DNA from: a virus
Direction: 5' to 3' (one strand)
Virus record (IMG/VR): IMGVR_UViG_3300008017_000012
DNA: 64,000 nt
Shown: positions 17,874 to 28,178 of the stretch, in pieces
How positions within the stretch are numbered: position 1 is the first letter of the stretch
Layout of the letters: each line of letters starts with the position of its first letter
Notes under the pieces: model-generated
Databases searched by the model: none
The model's input: only the letters and a program-made list of their open reading frames with translations
Told to the model about the DNA's origin: nothing
Translations under genes and position numbers: made by a program

Positions 17874-18182
17874 TTACTTACCTTTACTAAAAGAATAGGA
17901 ATCCACAGTATTTCTTGCATTATGATCAATTTTTTTATTTTGAGATTCCCCATCAGCTTTTACTTCAATATCAATTTCTGCATCATAATTGAACTTTTTA
18001 TTAAGTTCTTTTTCCCAAGCTTTAGCAGCATTGAATGCTGAATCTCCATCTGTAAGTCCTAGTTTTTTCTGTACAACTTTTCTTTGTTTCTCATAATCAA
18101 TTGTAGCAATTAAAACATAATCACGGATTCCTTCTTTTTTGTTTATTTTAACTTCTGCTAAAATTTCTTTAAAAGATTTCAT
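17874..18182 (-). CDS. Putative capsid internal protein
   Basis: MKSFKEILAE N-terminus. Confidence 0.55.
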   Translation of the reverse strand: MKSFKEILAEVKINKKEGIRDYVLIATIDYEKQRKVVQKKLGLTDGDSAFNAAKAWEKELNKKFNYDAEIDIEVKADGESQNKKIDHNARNTVDSYSFSKGK

Positions 18183-18535
18183 TTATTATCTCCTTGTTTT
18201 TCGATATTAACAACTTTTATATTTTTATTTTTGAAAATAACCCAATCATCATCAAGATGAATAGAATCAAAACCTAAATTTTCAATTTCAAACAAACTTA
18301 ATTTTTCATAATCATCCCAACCAGCAGTTTTGTCAACAGTTAAAATTACTTCCATAATATATTTTGAACTTACTGCACCACTTGTACCTTTAATAATTTT
18401 ATCTTTATCTTCTGAAAACCAAAAAACACCTTGAGCAGAAAAATCCCTATTAAATTTATTAATAGGTACATTACTTCCATGATAAGCTTTTATTTTTCTT
18501 TTATTTTCAGTTAAGAATTGTTTGAATGATAACAT
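18179..18535 (-). CDS. Putative capsid internal protein with ADP-ribosyltransferase-like fold
   Basis: MLSFKQFLTE N-terminus; AYHGS...GVFWFSED...YIMEVIL...GFDSI pattern. Confidence 0.55.
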   Translation of the reverse strand: MLSFKQFLTENKRKIKAYHGSNVPINKFNRDFSAQGVFWFSEDKDKIIKGTSGAVSSKYIMEVILTVDKTAGWDDYEKLSLFEIENLGFDSIHLDDDWVIFKNKNIKVVNIEKQGDNK

Positions 18536-18563
18536 ATATAAACCTTTTATTATAGTTTATATT

Positions 18564-18587
18564 TATTTATATAAAAAAATATTTATA
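18564..18587 (-). promoter_or_regulatory. Two tandem T4-type late promoters
   Basis: TATTTATA on + at 18564-18571 and 18580-18587, upstream of the internal-protein cluster. Confidence 0.65.
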
Positions 18588-18622
18588 AAAATAGTTTATT
18601 TGAGGGGAGATAATTTCTAAGA

Positions 18623-18688
18623 AAAGAAACTCCTTTGAAGTTTAAGTATATTGTTTAGAAAACAATATTAGTTCAAAGGAGTTTCTTT
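18623..18688. repeat. Long inverted repeat (17-bp outer arms, 9-bp inner arms)
   Basis: AAAGAAACTCCTTTGAA/TTCAAAGGAGTTTCTTT enclosing ATATTGTTT-AGA-AAACAATAT. Confidence 0.85.
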
Positions 18689-18696
18689 GTCAATAT

Positions 18697-20934
18697 TTAA
18701 ATTCTTTTAATTTCACAAGCCCCACCAGAACAAGCAGTTGCAGCATATTCATTAACATCATTATATTTAGGAGCAAGGAGAATTTCTTCAAAATTAATAG
18801 ATTTAAGGTTACGATTAATTTTTAACCATTTATGCCATAAATGAACATCTTTCAAACAATAGATCATTTTTTGAATATCACCTTTAAAGTTATTCTTAGC
18901 AAATTGTTTTGCTCTACGAACCCAATCTTCTTTCAAAATAATTTCAGTTCTAGTACCAACAAATTTTTTATTTTTATTAAGGACAAAATCACAAGCATCC
19001 CAAAGATCATTATCAAAATAATGTAATCCATCAACAATAATTCCTGATGCAAAAATAACAGCATCACCATATTTATCTAATAACTCTTGAGAATTAAAAA
19101 CTGAAGTAAATGGTGATTGTGGATAATCTTTATCACCAAAATCACTTAGAAAACTAATTGCTGTGAATGTTTTTTGATTTTTAAAAACATAATCACTAAT
19201 TTCTTTTATATCATCAATAATAACAGTACATGAAACATTATTCATTAGATATGGTTTATTACATCTTTCAATATGTTTACCACCAGCAATCCATGTATTT
19301 TGAACTAATTTGATTTTTTCTAAATGTGCAACTCCTTTCATTTGTTCTTTAAATAAAGCATTAGGATCATTTTCAACAGGAATATAAATAACATAATCAG
19401 AATTTGTTGCTGACCATACAGAGTCTTCAATCATTTCAGGGAAAGCATTTTCACCTAACCAATTACCAATTTCAGAATATTTATTAATTTGCATTAATCT
19501 AAAATAAGTTTTAGCGTGTTCAGGGTGAATACCAGAAGCAGTTTTAAGCAAAGTACTTGCATTACCTGAAGGTTTTACGGCTGTTGTTCTTGCAGCTGGA
19601 TTAATATTGATCATATTAGCTACTTTTTCATTTGTTTTATTGACAATTGAAACACCAATATTAAGAATTTCTTCATCAAATAATTCTGGATTATCCATCC
19701 AACCAGTAATTGAAACCCCAATTAAAGCTTCTTTTTTTGTAATGTCTTCTGAATCTTTACCGAGATAAGGAAAATCCGTATAACCAGCTTGAAGTGTTGC
19801 AATTACTGAAGCACTTTCACAAGCTTTGTAAAACTTTTCTTTATCTATTTTTCCATTTTTCATACAATCAATAGCATTAATTTCTGTAAGATTACAAAAT
19901 TGAAATGCACTTACACCATTAGGAAGAATAGGAGAAAAACCTATCTCAAAACAAGGGTTCATAACTACATCAGTATCATCACAAAAAACAAACCCTATAT
20001 CAGACATACCACTATTAAGGTCAAAAAACTTATCAAAATCTTTTTTTGTAAATTGATCTCTTATTAGTATAACAGAATTATTACTTCTTTCACGTTGTTT
20101 ATTAGTTTCTCTCCAATTACCTGTTTTAGCATTAATTAATTCTGTATCAGTAGGGTCAATCATAATAGCCATAGCAGCACGTCTAACCCCACCTGAAAGT
20201 GTTGCATCGGCACAATGCATCAAACAATCATACGCATCAATACTTTTTAATTGTGTATTTTTATCAACTGAATCTAAAAGTTTTTCAATACGTTCTAGAG
20301 ATTGTTTTAGTCCTTCTGAACCAGGAGCTTTAAACCCACCAGAAATTAAAGAACCTTTAGATCTAATTTCAGAATAATCAAAACGCACAACACATCCTTG
20401 ATATTCAGGAAAAGGAACTTCACCATCACAAAATGAACTTAATAATACACCAACTGAATCACTCCAACCTTCTATTGAATCATCAATAACAAAATTTTTA
20501 ACTGTATTATCACTTCTTTCAATTATATTTGGTAATTTTGATACAAATTTTTTATGTAATTGCAAGGTAACACCACATCCACATAATGATAGATAAAATG
20601 CTTTATTAATTTTTTCTATGGAATCTAAATGGGAAACTACACAATTATAAATTCTTGCATTATGTTTTTTAATTTGGTCTTTTCTATATTGTAAATTCCT
20701 TTGTGAAGCAAGAATTGTTTTTTCTTTATACATTTTTTCAGCATTATTAATTAATTCTAATAATTCACTATTATTATCAATTTCATTTTTATATTTTTCA
20801 CGATGCATATTAATAACATCTTCACAAGATTCTTCCCATCTCTCATAACGACCTAAAGAAGGAACCCATTTTGCATAATCATTATAAAATTTAAGATCTG
20901 ATAATAATTGTTTTCCTTTTTTAAATTTGCTCAT
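18697..20934 (-). CDS. nrdJ: Ribonucleotide reductase, probably class II (B12-dependent, RTPR type)
   Basis: RIYNC, SGGVRRAA, NPCFEI thiyl motif, QFCNLTEIN, AVKPSGNAS and C-terminal CSGGACE; no nrdB in the window. Confidence 0.8.
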   Translation of the reverse strand: MSKFKKGKQLLSDLKFYNDYAKWVPSLGRYERWEESCEDVINMHREKYKNEIDNNSELLELINNAEKMYKEKTILASQRNLQYRKDQIKKHNARIYNCVVSHLDSIEKINKAFYLSLCGCGVTLQLHKKFVSKLPNIIERSDNTVKNFVIDDSIEGWSDSVGVLLSSFCDGEVPFPEYQGCVVRFDYSEIRSKGSLISGGFKAPGSEGLKQSLERIEKLLDSVDKNTQLKSIDAYDCLMHCADATLSGGVRRAAMAIMIDPTDTELINAKTGNWRETNKQRERSNNSVILIRDQFTKKDFDKFFDLNSGMSDIGFVFCDDTDVVMNPCFEIGFSPILPNGVSAFQFCNLTEINAIDCMKNGKIDKEKFYKACESASVIATLQAGYTDFPYLGKDSEDITKKEALIGVSITGWMDNPELFDEEILNIGVSIVNKTNEKVANMININPAARTTAVKPSGNASTLLKTASGIHPEHAKTYFRLMQINKYSEIGNWLGENAFPEMIEDSVWSATNSDYVIYIPVENDPNALFKEQMKGVAHLEKIKLVQNTWIAGGKHIERCNKPYLMNNVSCTVIIDDIKEISDYVFKNQKTFTAISFLSDFGDKDYPQSPFTSVFNSQELLDKYGDAVIFASGIIVDGLHYFDNDLWDACDFVLNKNKKFVGTRTEIILKEDWVRRAKQFAKNNFKGDIQKMIYCLKDVHLWHKWLKINRNLKSINFEEILLAPKYNDVNEYAATACSGGACEIKRI

Positions 20935-21264
20935 TTCTTGTCCTTTGCTTTAGTAAAAAAATCTATTTTTTAAAAAATTGGGTTTTATAAAAATCCTTTC
21001 ATTGGATATTCAAGTTAAAAATTTTTAATTAATACATTATCCATAATAAAAAGCTTTTCTAATTTTCATTATTTCTTCCTTTTAGGTGGTTTATTAATTG
21101 CAGTTTCAATTAAAAGAATGAGTTTATTTATGATATAATTTGCATCTTCATCATTTTTTGATTTAATATCATCTTGATTTATTACAGATTTATAATTTTT
21201 AATAAATGATCTTAATTCTTTTTTTGCTTGAGTAGAAGTCATAAAAATTACCTATGGAGTATTT

Positions 21265-21915
21265 TTAAATTTTTAGTAATTCTTTAGTTGAGACAGGGAA
21301 ATATTTTTGCATTATAGGCAAAACTAAGTTAGCAAATAGCTGTGCTTCTTGTTGTGCATGAGAATCTAAACGCAATTTACATACTCTAGCCCAAAATAAT
21401 AAAGTTCCAGTCCAATACCATTCTGTCATCGTATTTAATGGTAAAACAATTCTAGCTTGTTCTGGTGCAACACCAAGATTTAATAATTCTTCATACTCTG
21501 TTAAACATTTTGAAACAACTGAATGTACTTTATCTTGCGCAGCCATATTATGTTGAATTGGTTCATTGATAGAACCTTGTTTTAGATTTTCTGCTCTTTG
21601 TCTAAAAAAATCAGGGAACCAAAATTCAGGTTCATAAGAAACATAGCGTCTTGAAACTTCATTCCATGAAGCGCCAATCTGGTGTTTAGCTAGTTGTCTA
21701 GTCAAAAAAATAGGAGCTTTACATTTTAATTGGATAGAAGTATGAGCAAAAGGAGACCAATGATCATGTTTTGCTAGATATTTAATTAATTGTTCATCTT
21801 TTTCTAAAAAATCTTCATTATTATCTTGATTAAAAGAAACTCTTGCTGCATTTACTACTGTTTTATCAGTTCCCATGTGATTAATATATGTTACTTCAAT
21901 ATTAGCTTCTTTCAT
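21265..21915 (-). CDS. thyX: FAD-dependent thymidylate synthase
   Basis: VVNAARVSF, HWSPFAH, RQLAKHQ...WNEVSRRY, PEQARIVLP, LRLDSHAQQE. Confidence 0.93.
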   Translation of the reverse strand: MKEANIEVTYINHMGTDKTVVNAARVSFNQDNNEDFLEKDEQLIKYLAKHDHWSPFAHTSIQLKCKAPIFLTRQLAKHQIGASWNEVSRRYVSYEPEFWFPDFFRQRAENLKQGSINEPIQHNMAAQDKVHSVVSKCLTEYEELLNLGVAPEQARIVLPLNTMTEWYWTGTLLFWARVCKLRLDSHAQQEAQLFANLVLPIMQKYFPVSTKELLKI

Positions 21916-21949
21916 TTATTAATTCCTTTCAGATATACATTTTTTTATT

Positions 21950-22228
21950 TTATAGAGTTATATTTTTAGCTCTAGCATTATTATATCTTTCTTCAATTTT
22001 TTTCTCAGAATCTAAATTTTTATTCATTTCATTTTGAGTTACTTCATATCCAGTATTAAAAAACCATCCTGACCCTAGAAATTTCACCATTGGGGCTGTT
22101 ACTACTTGATACATTAAATAATCACATTCACAAGTAATTTGATTTTTTTTCTTTGAATGTTCTTCGAATGACATTTTAATTTCTTTTGTAACACCACATT
22201 TATCACATTTATAAATATATATTGCCAT
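21950..22228 (-). CDS. FmdB-family zinc-ribbon protein
   Basis: MAIYIYKCDKCG...CEC...FLGSGWF. Confidence 0.8.
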   Translation of the reverse strand: MAIYIYKCDKCGVTKEIKMSFEEHSKKKNQITCECDYLMYQVVTAPMVKFLGSGWFFNTGYEVTQNEMNKNLDSEKKIEERYNNARAKNITL

Positions 22229-23212
22229 TTAACGTTCCTTCCTCATATTTTTAAAAGTCAATCTTGTTTTTAATTCTATACCAGCATAACAGTTATCTAA
22301 TATTAATTGTTTAACTTTTTTATTTGACCAACCATTAACAGATAAATCATTAAAATCTTTATATTTTATTTCATTAGGCCATACAAAAACTTCACAATTA
22401 TTATCACAATATTTTAAAGATTTTAAAATACCAGTTTTATCATTATCAAAACCATAGATTATTCTTGAATTTTCAAAATATTTTTTAACACCTACAGTTA
22501 AATCTGAACCTACCATAGCAATTGAATTTTCAATATTATAATGATCTATAATTGATTCAACTGCTATAATTGGTTTCTTTTTATTTACATGAAAAATACC
22601 ACAAGATTTAAAGGAATCATTTTTACAAAAAACGTGAAAATTTTTATTTTCTGTGTGTCTACCTTGAAACCCATAAAGTCTTTCATCACCAAGAAGAAAA
22701 GGAAAAATTAACATTCCTTTCAATATGGATTTTTCATTTATATTATAATACAATGTATCTAATTTATCAAGAATATTTCTCTTTTTACAAAATTCAATAG
22801 CTTTTTTATAATTTTTAGCTGGTTTAAAATACTCTTTATTTAGAGTAAATTTATATTTAATATCAAGATTGTCAATATTTATTTTTAAAGATTTTTCTTT
22901 TTTTATTAATTTTCCTTCTTTCAGAGAATTTAAAAAATCTTCTTTTTCTTCTTTTAAATACTCTTCAAAAACTAAAGGATCAACTAATTTAATAAATTCT
23001 CTAAGGTTTGTACTAAGATTACAATTATGGCAAAAAACTAATATTGTATCAGGTAGTTTATCAGTTAAAAACCAAAGTCTTTTTTTATATTTTGATTTAC
23101 GACTATCACCACAAACAGGGCATCTCCCATTAAAATTATTATTTACTTTATGTATTCCTTCTATATTAAGTAAATGAATAAATTTTAATTGATCATATTT
23201 TTGTAGTGCCAT
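22229..23212 (-). CDS. DNA primase (gp61-like)
   Basis: Zn finger CPVCGDS...CHNC; GFQGR; TOPRIM AVESIID and FDNDKTG. Confidence 0.9.
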   Translation of the reverse strand: MALQKYDQLKFIHLLNIEGIHKVNNNFNGRCPVCGDSRKSKYKKRLWFLTDKLPDTILVFCHNCNLSTNLREFIKLVDPLVFEEYLKEEKEDFLNSLKEGKLIKKEKSLKINIDNLDIKYKFTLNKEYFKPAKNYKKAIEFCKKRNILDKLDTLYYNINEKSILKGMLIFPFLLGDERLYGFQGRHTENKNFHVFCKNDSFKSCGIFHVNKKKPIIAVESIIDHYNIENSIAMVGSDLTVGVKKYFENSRIIYGFDNDKTGILKSLKYCDNNCEVFVWPNEIKYKDFNDLSVNGWSNKKVKQLILDNCYAGIELKTRLTFKNMRKER

Positions 23213-23222
23213 TATTTAATTC

Positions 23223-23411
23223 CTAAATCATAAATTCACAAATTTCACTATCTTCACATTCTTTTACTGTGCATGGTTTTACTTTTGATGGACTTAATTT
23301 TCTACATTCTATATTTAAATCACACCGTATACAGCATAAATTTGTGCTTTGTTTACAAAAACTTGGCCTAATTTTTGCTGAACAAAATAAATATTTTTCT
23401 TTATCTGACAT
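23223..23411 (-). CDS. Cys-rich small protein
   Basis: 62 aa, Cys-rich; SD GGAG. Confidence 0.5.
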   Translation of the reverse strand: MSDKEKYLFCSAKIRPSFCKQSTNLCCIRCDLNIECRKLSPSKVKPCTVKECEDSEICEFMI

Positions 23412-23434
23412 TTTTGTTTCTCCTTTTTTAAAAG

Positions 23435-24376
23435 TTAACTAAAAAAATTCTCAATGTTACTTTCTTCAATATCTTCATTTTTCTTTTTTTCATCTATACT
23501 ACTAGTCATTTTAGTTTCAATTTTTTTATCATCTAATTTAAAATTATTAATATCTTCTGAATGTTTTACAAGATTAAACTTGACAAAATCACTCATCAAT
23601 TTCATTCCATTATAAGAAAAAGACTGATTATTAAATTCCTCAATAATTGAATTATAGATTTCTAAAGGGATATAATCAAAATCAACAAGGTTTTGGTTAA
23701 AATCCCAGTGTTTTTTCATCAAAGGATCTGTAGATAAAAGATCATCTAATTCCGATAGAATTTTAATAGCAGTTTTTTCCCCTAATCTAGGTCTAATAGC
23801 AAGAATATTATCACTCTTATCCCCAATCATAGTATGAATTTTTTTAAAAAGTTGAACATCAATTTGTGGTTTAAAAATTTGTTTATGTTGATCATATATT
23901 AATACTTTATTTTTATCTTGAAGCTGAACAAAGTCTTTATCTGAAGATAATATATATATAGTTTCTTTATCTTTGAAATGTTTTGTTAGACAAGCAATAA
24001 CATCATCTCCTTCTGCTTCGTCTATTTGAATGACGTACATATCAGAATAATTTTTTAAAGACTCCATGACGCTATTATAGCACGAATAGATAGCATCCCA
24101 ATCAAACTTTGTATCTTTAGTTCTATTACCTTTATATTGTTGTTCTTCAAGTCTAGGAATACCATCTCTATTATCTAGATAATATTTTTTCCTCCAGTTA
24201 TTTTTTCCTTCAAGTGCAATAACAAAAGGATTTTGTTTAGATGCTCCAAATTTTTTAGATAAATATGTAATTTGAGATAATACTAAATGTGTGATAAAAT
24301 TTGGATTTTCAATAATATCATCAGCATTAGCCCAAAGAACCCGATTCATTGCCATAGCACCATCTAAAATTATCAT
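23435..24376 (-). CDS. rnh: T4 RNase H-like 5'-3' exonuclease
   Basis: IILDG, YKGNR, EAEGDDVIA, SSDKDFVQL, GDKSDNI. Confidence 0.9.
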   Translation of the reverse strand: MIILDGAMAMNRVLWANADDIIENPNFITHLVLSQITYLSKKFGASKQNPFVIALEGKNNWRKKYYLDNRDGIPRLEEQQYKGNRTKDTKFDWDAIYSCYNSVMESLKNYSDMYVIQIDEAEGDDVIACLTKHFKDKETIYILSSDKDFVQLQDKNKVLIYDQHKQIFKPQIDVQLFKKIHTMIGDKSDNILAIRPRLGEKTAIKILSELDDLLSTDPLMKKHWDFNQNLVDFDYIPLEIYNSIIEEFNNQSFSYNGMKLMSDFVKFNLVKHSEDINNFKLDDKKIETKMTSSIDEKKKNEDIEESNIENFFS

Positions 24377-24483
24377 TTAACTCTCCTATATAAAATAATA
24401 ATCAAGTATATCATATTAAATTTATTTTTTCAACTTTTATTTTTTGTAAAATTGTAAACTATTAGTTTACATTTGAACATTTT

Positions 24484-26484
24484 TTAAAACCCTAGCCTTT
24501 CAAATAGTTCTTCATATTTTCTTAAAATTAAATCCCCATTTTCTTCAAAAGTGAACTGTTGTTTTACTTTTTTATTTGCAACATCAATAATTTCTAATCT
24601 TTTTTGTTCATTAAGGATTAACTCTTCTAAATAAATATACCAATCTGTTTTTGGTTTTTTAATAAGAAAGCCATCTTTTTCATGGTCAATAGTTGTTGCA
24701 TAAGGATATACATTATCAGCAACAGAAACAACTTTTGCTAAACTATACTCTATGTATTTTAAATTGGATTTACACTTATTAAAATCATTATTAGCCGCAA
24801 CAATAATTCCAATATCAAGATTAAGAGATATTAATGTTTTCATAAAATCATCAATAGAAGACCATTCTGTATGAATAGCAAAACTTTTATAAGATGGAGG
24901 GCAATAACCAAAAGTATAAAAATCAAAATCATATTTCTCTTTTAGTTTTCTAATAGCATTACCTAAATAGTGAGAAAAATCTGATTTATGGGTGTTACCA
25001 CACCAAAACATTTTACCTTCTCTTCTAACTAATAAAGTATGATAAGGAACAGTCACACAATAAATCCTACCTTCATAGTGAACTTTACTTACTTCTTCTT
25101 TTAAAACTATTTTTTCTTTCTTTTTATAATCAAATTTTATTAAATATGCATCATATTTTTTGTTTGTTTTTTTATTAATATTTAAATTAATACATGAAAC
25201 CCCTATTTTAATAGCAATTTCATTTATATCATTCATTAAATTTAAAGATGAAGTTGAATAAGAAATTCTTTTATCTTTACCAATAGAAACATCTTCTTTG
25301 ATTATCCAATCAAATAATATTTTTAATTGTCTTGAAGAGGTATTTAATAATTCTCTGGGGACAAATTTATTTTCTTCTTTCCCTATTTGATTAAGATAAT
25401 TACATAATTGTTCATTAAAAATAATTAATTGAGAATTATTTTTTGTATAATTCCATTTATATTTTTTTGCTATTTGCTCAATAATATAAAGATACTGATT
25501 ATTTTTATAATGAGATAATACAATTTGGTTATCATATTCAGAAACACAACAAGCATCAGAAAGCCATAAACCAAAGAATTTAAGCCAATCATCCATATAT
25601 ATTAGATGTTCATCGTGGTTTTTTAATTTAGGCAAGACAAAATATTTAACTTCTTTACCCTCATAATTACACATATTTTTAACGTAAAAATCTAATCCTT
25701 CTAATGATTCCATACTATGAAAATTAAAATCTAAATTCTTTTCAGATTTCATAATAGAAGCATACATATTATGATTAGGTGTAACTAAAAAATTCGTATG
25801 ACTACCATTTCCATAATACATATCTCCTAAATATTGTTCATCAACATATTCAGTTGGTAAATGATATTCTAACATATTTGTTACAGGGTTTAAAGAAGCA
25901 ACTTTTTCATTTTTATCTAAATTTTTAAATAACTTCCAACCATTTTCCGTTAATAATTCTGTTTTTTCATCATAACAATAACTTCCATGCCATCCAATTC
26001 TAATTTTTTCATTTTTTGGTTTAATAAAATCTTCAGGTGTATGATACATATTAGGGATAATAATTGGTTCTTTATTAAATCTTTTTTTTAAGTATTCAGC
26101 AAGAGGAATAGTTGATGTTGTTATTTCATCTGACTGTTTAAACACAAAATCAAGTTTATCAAGTTCTTTTCTATTATAATGATTATGTGCTAGATTCCCT
26201 GCTGGAATACCCCAAATAAGATCATCAATATCTGATACAATTTTTTTGCCTTTAGATTTAATATATGGAAGCCATTTCTGAAAAAAAATATCATTAGCTC
26301 GTTGAAGTCCAATTACATCTACTTCTTCTAATCTTGGATCATTAGGTGGAAAACCAAGAGTATATTCTACATTATTCATGTGTTGTTTTAAAAATTCTGC
26401 TGGTTGTTTTACCCGCATATATCCACAACCATATATATCTGATGAAGTTGCTAAATATTTAATATTTTTAAATTTTTCGTTCAT
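24484..26484 (-). CDS. Glycosyltransferase (GT-B-like) interrupted by an intein
   Basis: GCGYMRVKQP, VSDIDDL, GWHGSY|intein|THKSD, FNKCKSNLKYIEY; predicted spliced length 338 aa. Confidence 0.8.
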   Translation of the reverse strand: MNEKFKNIKYLATSSDIYGCGYMRVKQPAEFLKQHMNNVEYTLGFPPNDPRLEEVDVIGLQRANDIFFQKWLPYIKSKGKKIVSDIDDLIWGIPAGNLAHNHYNRKELDKLDFVFKQSDEITTSTIPLAEYLKKRFNKEPIIIPNMYHTPEDFIKPKNEKIRIGWHGSYCYDEKTELLTENGWKLFKNLDKNEKVASLNPVTNMLEYHLPTEYVDEQYLGDMYYGNGSHTNFLVTPNHNMYASIMKSEKNLDFNFHSMESLEGLDFYVKNMCNYEGKEVKYFVLPKLKNHDEHLIYMDDWLKFFGLWLSDACCVSEYDNQIVLSHYKNNQYLYIIEQIAKKYKWNYTKNNSQLIIFNEQLCNYLNQIGKEENKFVPRELLNTSSRQLKILFDWIIKEDVSIGKDKRISYSTSSLNLMNDINEIAIKIGVSCINLNINKKTNKKYDAYLIKFDYKKKEKIVLKEEVSKVHYEGRIYCVTVPYHTLLVRREGKMFWCGNTHKSDFSHYLGNAIRKLKEKYDFDFYTFGYCPPSYKSFAIHTEWSSIDDFMKTLISLNLDIGIIVAANNDFNKCKSNLKYIEYSLAKVVSVADNVYPYATTIDHEKDGFLIKKPKTDWYIYLEELILNEQKRLEIIDVANKKVKQQFTFEENGDLILRKYEELFERLGF
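24994..25977 (-). mobile_element. Intein (328 aa) with degenerate LAGLIDADG region
   Basis: N-terminal CYDEKTELLTENGWK; C-terminal YEGRIYCVTVPYHTLLVRREGKMFWCGN followed by Thr; LAGLIDADG-like FFGLWLSDAC and LFDWIIKED. Confidence 0.88.
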
Positions 26485-26506
26485 ATTAAACCTTTATTAA
26501 AAATAA

Positions 26507-26701
26507 TTAACCTAAAAGAATGTTATGAGTATTATTGTCTTTATTTCTTTTAGCACATTCTGTACACACATTTTTAGTAATTTTTTTACCTTCTTGAATA
26601 ACAATAATTGGTTCTAAATTTTCATGTAAAGCACCACATTCTTGGCAAACTTGAAATAACATAATAGCTCTCTCTCTCCTTTTTAAATTAAGAAAAATCA
26701 A
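26507..26701 (-). CDS. Small zinc-finger-like protein
   Basis: CQECG...CTEC. Confidence 0.5.
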   Translation of the reverse strand: MIFLNLKRRERAIMLFQVCQECGALHENLEPIIVIQEGKKITKNVCTECAKRNKDNNTHNILLG

Positions 26702-28061
26702 ATCCTATATTAGATTCTTCTTTATTAATTTTATTTTGTTGTTCTTTTAACATATCTTTAATATGGATAGGAATTTCTTGTTGAGAATCATCTAAATTAA
26801 GAAGTTTCATTTTTGAATAATCAACACCTATAGTATAACATTTTTCATTATTACCAGCAAATCTAGTTTTAATAGTTTTTAAGATATATTTATTTTGTTC
26901 TTTCAGTTCAGGAGTTTGGATTAAAGCCCCTGACCAGTCAGAAGTTTGTGAAATTCCATAACCTAAACCAACATCTTCATTACTAACGTCTGTTTTTTTA
27001 TCTTTTGCAGTACGATTAAACTGTGCTGCTGTCAATATTACAATATCAAATTCTTTAGCAACAGCCCTTATTTCTTCAGCAACACAATAAACATATAAAT
27101 GTGTTCCTGTTTGACTAGCAGGCAGTCTATATGATGTAAATAAAGTTAAATGATCTAAAATTAAAATTTCTGGTACATATCCTTTTTTATTTTTTATTTC
27201 ATTTAATAAATTCGTCAAATGTTTGGCATTTGTACTACCAGTAGATACTTCTTTGATTAATAATTTACCATGAGCTTGTGAAGCAATATCTTTAAATTTA
27301 CTTTTAAATAATTTTTTATCCACTGTATTAGATAAAGTAGAAATATCTATATCTAATACATTAGCATCAATTCTTTTGCCAATTTCTTCAAACCCCATTT
27401 CACCAGATACATAAAGAATATTTTTACCAGATTTTAATAAACTAGAAGCACAATGGCATAACCATAAAGTTTTACCAACATTAGTTTGTGCCATAAAAAT
27501 AAAAATTGATTTTTTAGCTAACCCCCCACCCATTGCCATATTTACCAAATCTATATCTAAAGTTATTTTATCTTCATTCTCTAAATATCTCTTTAATCGT
27601 TCTACTGCATCTTCAAAAAAATCATGCCCTAATTTTACTTCAAATTCAACACTTAATGCTTCTTTTATAATATCTTCTATTAAACCTTTTGACTTTTTAT
27701 TATTTTGAATAATTTCAACTGATTCAAGTATAGCGTTTTCTAATGCTCTTGATTGACAAAATTTTTCAGTTTCTTTTATTAAAAGTTTTTCATCTGTTAC
27801 TTCTTCTGTTGTTTTTAAACTATCTAAAAACTTATAAATCGAATCTGATAAACTTTCACTAATTTCATTATCAGTTTCTATGAGTAATTTAATGTCAGAA
27901 ATTTTAGGTTGTTTATTGTATGTCTCATTATATAATTTAATTTTTTTGAATAAATTAATATGAATACTATCATTAAAATATTCTTCTTTTAAATGTGGTA
28001 AAACTACTCTAAAAAATTCAGAACTTGTTGTCATTTTTTTAAATAGATTTTCGTGTAACAT
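26688..28061 (-). CDS. Replicative DNA helicase (gp41, DnaB-like)
   Basis: Walker A AQTNVGKT, ILDH, TAAQFNR, KTRFA. Confidence 0.92.
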   Translation of the reverse strand: MLHENLFKKMTTSSEFFRVVLPHLKEEYFNDSIHINLFKKIKLYNETYNKQPKISDIKLLIETDNEISESLSDSIYKFLDSLKTTEEVTDEKLLIKETEKFCQSRALENAILESVEIIQNNKKSKGLIEDIIKEALSVEFEVKLGHDFFEDAVERLKRYLENEDKITLDIDLVNMAMGGGLAKKSIFIFMAQTNVGKTLWLCHCASSLLKSGKNILYVSGEMGFEEIGKRIDANVLDIDISTLSNTVDKKLFKSKFKDIASQAHGKLLIKEVSTGSTNAKHLTNLLNEIKNKKGYVPEILILDHLTLFTSYRLPASQTGTHLYVYCVAEEIRAVAKEFDIVILTAAQFNRTAKDKKTDVSNEDVGLGYGISQTSDWSGALIQTPELKEQNKYILKTIKTRFAGNNEKCYTIGVDYSKMKLLNLDDSQQEIPIHIKDMLKEQQNKINKEESNIGFDFS

Positions 28062-28085
28062 TAAATCCTCTTTATCTATTAAAGG

Positions 28086-28120
28086 TGAGAGAACCTAAAT
28101 ATTATATTTAAGTTCTCTCA
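28086..28120. terminator. Hairpin upstream of gp41 (terminator or regulatory)
   Basis: TGAGAGAAC/GTTCTCTCA stem with inner TAAATAT/ATATTTA. Confidence 0.5.
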
Positions 28121-28178
28121 ATCTCTCTACTTATTTCATATAGTATATATTATTTTTTAAGTTTTTTCAAGTTTTTTT

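Noticed and set aside
18697-20934. Class Ia RNR needing an iron-containing NrdB linked to the ferritin
   Set aside because: The sequence is RTPR/class II-like and no nrdB is in the window, so no direct link can be supported.
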